DNA of 64,000 nt. It comes from Candidatus Omnitrophota bacterium. Lineage in GTDB: Bacteria; Omnitrophota; Gorgyraeia; 1-14-0-20-64-10. The position numbers and the translations under genes were made by a program. Shown piece after piece: positions 63,711 to 64,000 of this stretch. Location: assembly GCA_023248155.1 (NCBI GenBank), contig JAHFFE010000001.1:212873-276872 (forward strand), in the 5' to 3' direction. The notes beneath the pieces are model-generated. The model was given only the letters and a program-made list of their open reading frames with translations. It was not told the origin of the DNA and searched no databases. Position 1 is the first letter of the stretch, and each line of letters opens with the position of its first letter.

Positions 63711-64000
63711 ATGGCTTCCACGGTTTCTTCAATTAATTCGGCGTATGCCGATATTGCCGCCAAAGTTGAGGCGGGCCAACGGCTGACGCGCGACGAGGGA
63801 ATCCGTCTGTTTGACGCGGATCTGTTTACGCTGGGCGAACTGGCGAATCTGGCGCGCGAACGGCTGCATGGCGACAACACCTATTACACGCACACACTGC
63901 ATTTAAATTATTCCAATGCCTGCGTTTTGACCTGCGGGCTCTGCGCGTTTTACCGGCCGCTCGAGCATAAAGAGGCCTATACCTTTTCGATGGAGCAGAT
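63711..64000 (+). CDS. mqnE: Radical SAM enzyme, MqnE/CofH family (3'-truncated; absent from ORF track)
   Basis: MASTVSS...KVEAGQRLTRDEG...LGELANLARERLHGD...HLNYSNACVLTCGLCAF (CxxxCxxC); menaquinone operon context; MqnC not excluded. Confidence 0.8.
   Translation, partial: MASTVSSINSAYADIAAKVEAGQRLTRDEGIRLFDADLFTLGELANLARERLHGDNTYYTHTLHLNYSNACVLTCGLCAFYRPLEHKEAYTFSMEQ

Overview
64 kb of a GC-rich diderm bacterial chromosome. Omnitrophota (OP3, PVC group) is my best guess, inferred from gene content only. The housekeeping backbone is: eno-ftsB, five tRNAs, a PTS-pgi/pmi-metK-ahcY operon, lptFG-comF, rlmD, a glycogen debranching enzyme, three minor pilins, gltA-mdh-sucCD, tldD/pmbA, a BirA-regulated bio operon and a futalosine-type menaquinone operon. 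Two accessory systems are interleaved with it. (1) Ten paralogous signal-peptide proteins all begin A|[ED]TxE[IL]VTY[YF]P and are mosaics of shared N-terminal blocks, 17-aa beta-roll repeats and swapped C-terminal tips; two end in an S74-type chaperone domain. They look like a diversified adhesin/fibre repertoire, and several sit inside housekeeping operons. (2) Two modular proteins (1849 aa and ~914 aa) share an N-terminal ALRP...G[LM]EE...GQEER leader and a similar C-terminal domain, with unrelated cargo modules separated by the spacer AGQE[EK]. In the larger protein all six spacers use the identical 11-mer GCCGGGCAGGA, and one module starts with an internal Tat-like signal, suggesting a processed polyprotein or cassette system. 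Also present are a 430-bp non-coding element with two crossed long inverted repeats and several probable leaderless promoters. No integrase, transposase, CRISPR array or rRNA was seen. All product calls come from motif recognition; no searches were run.
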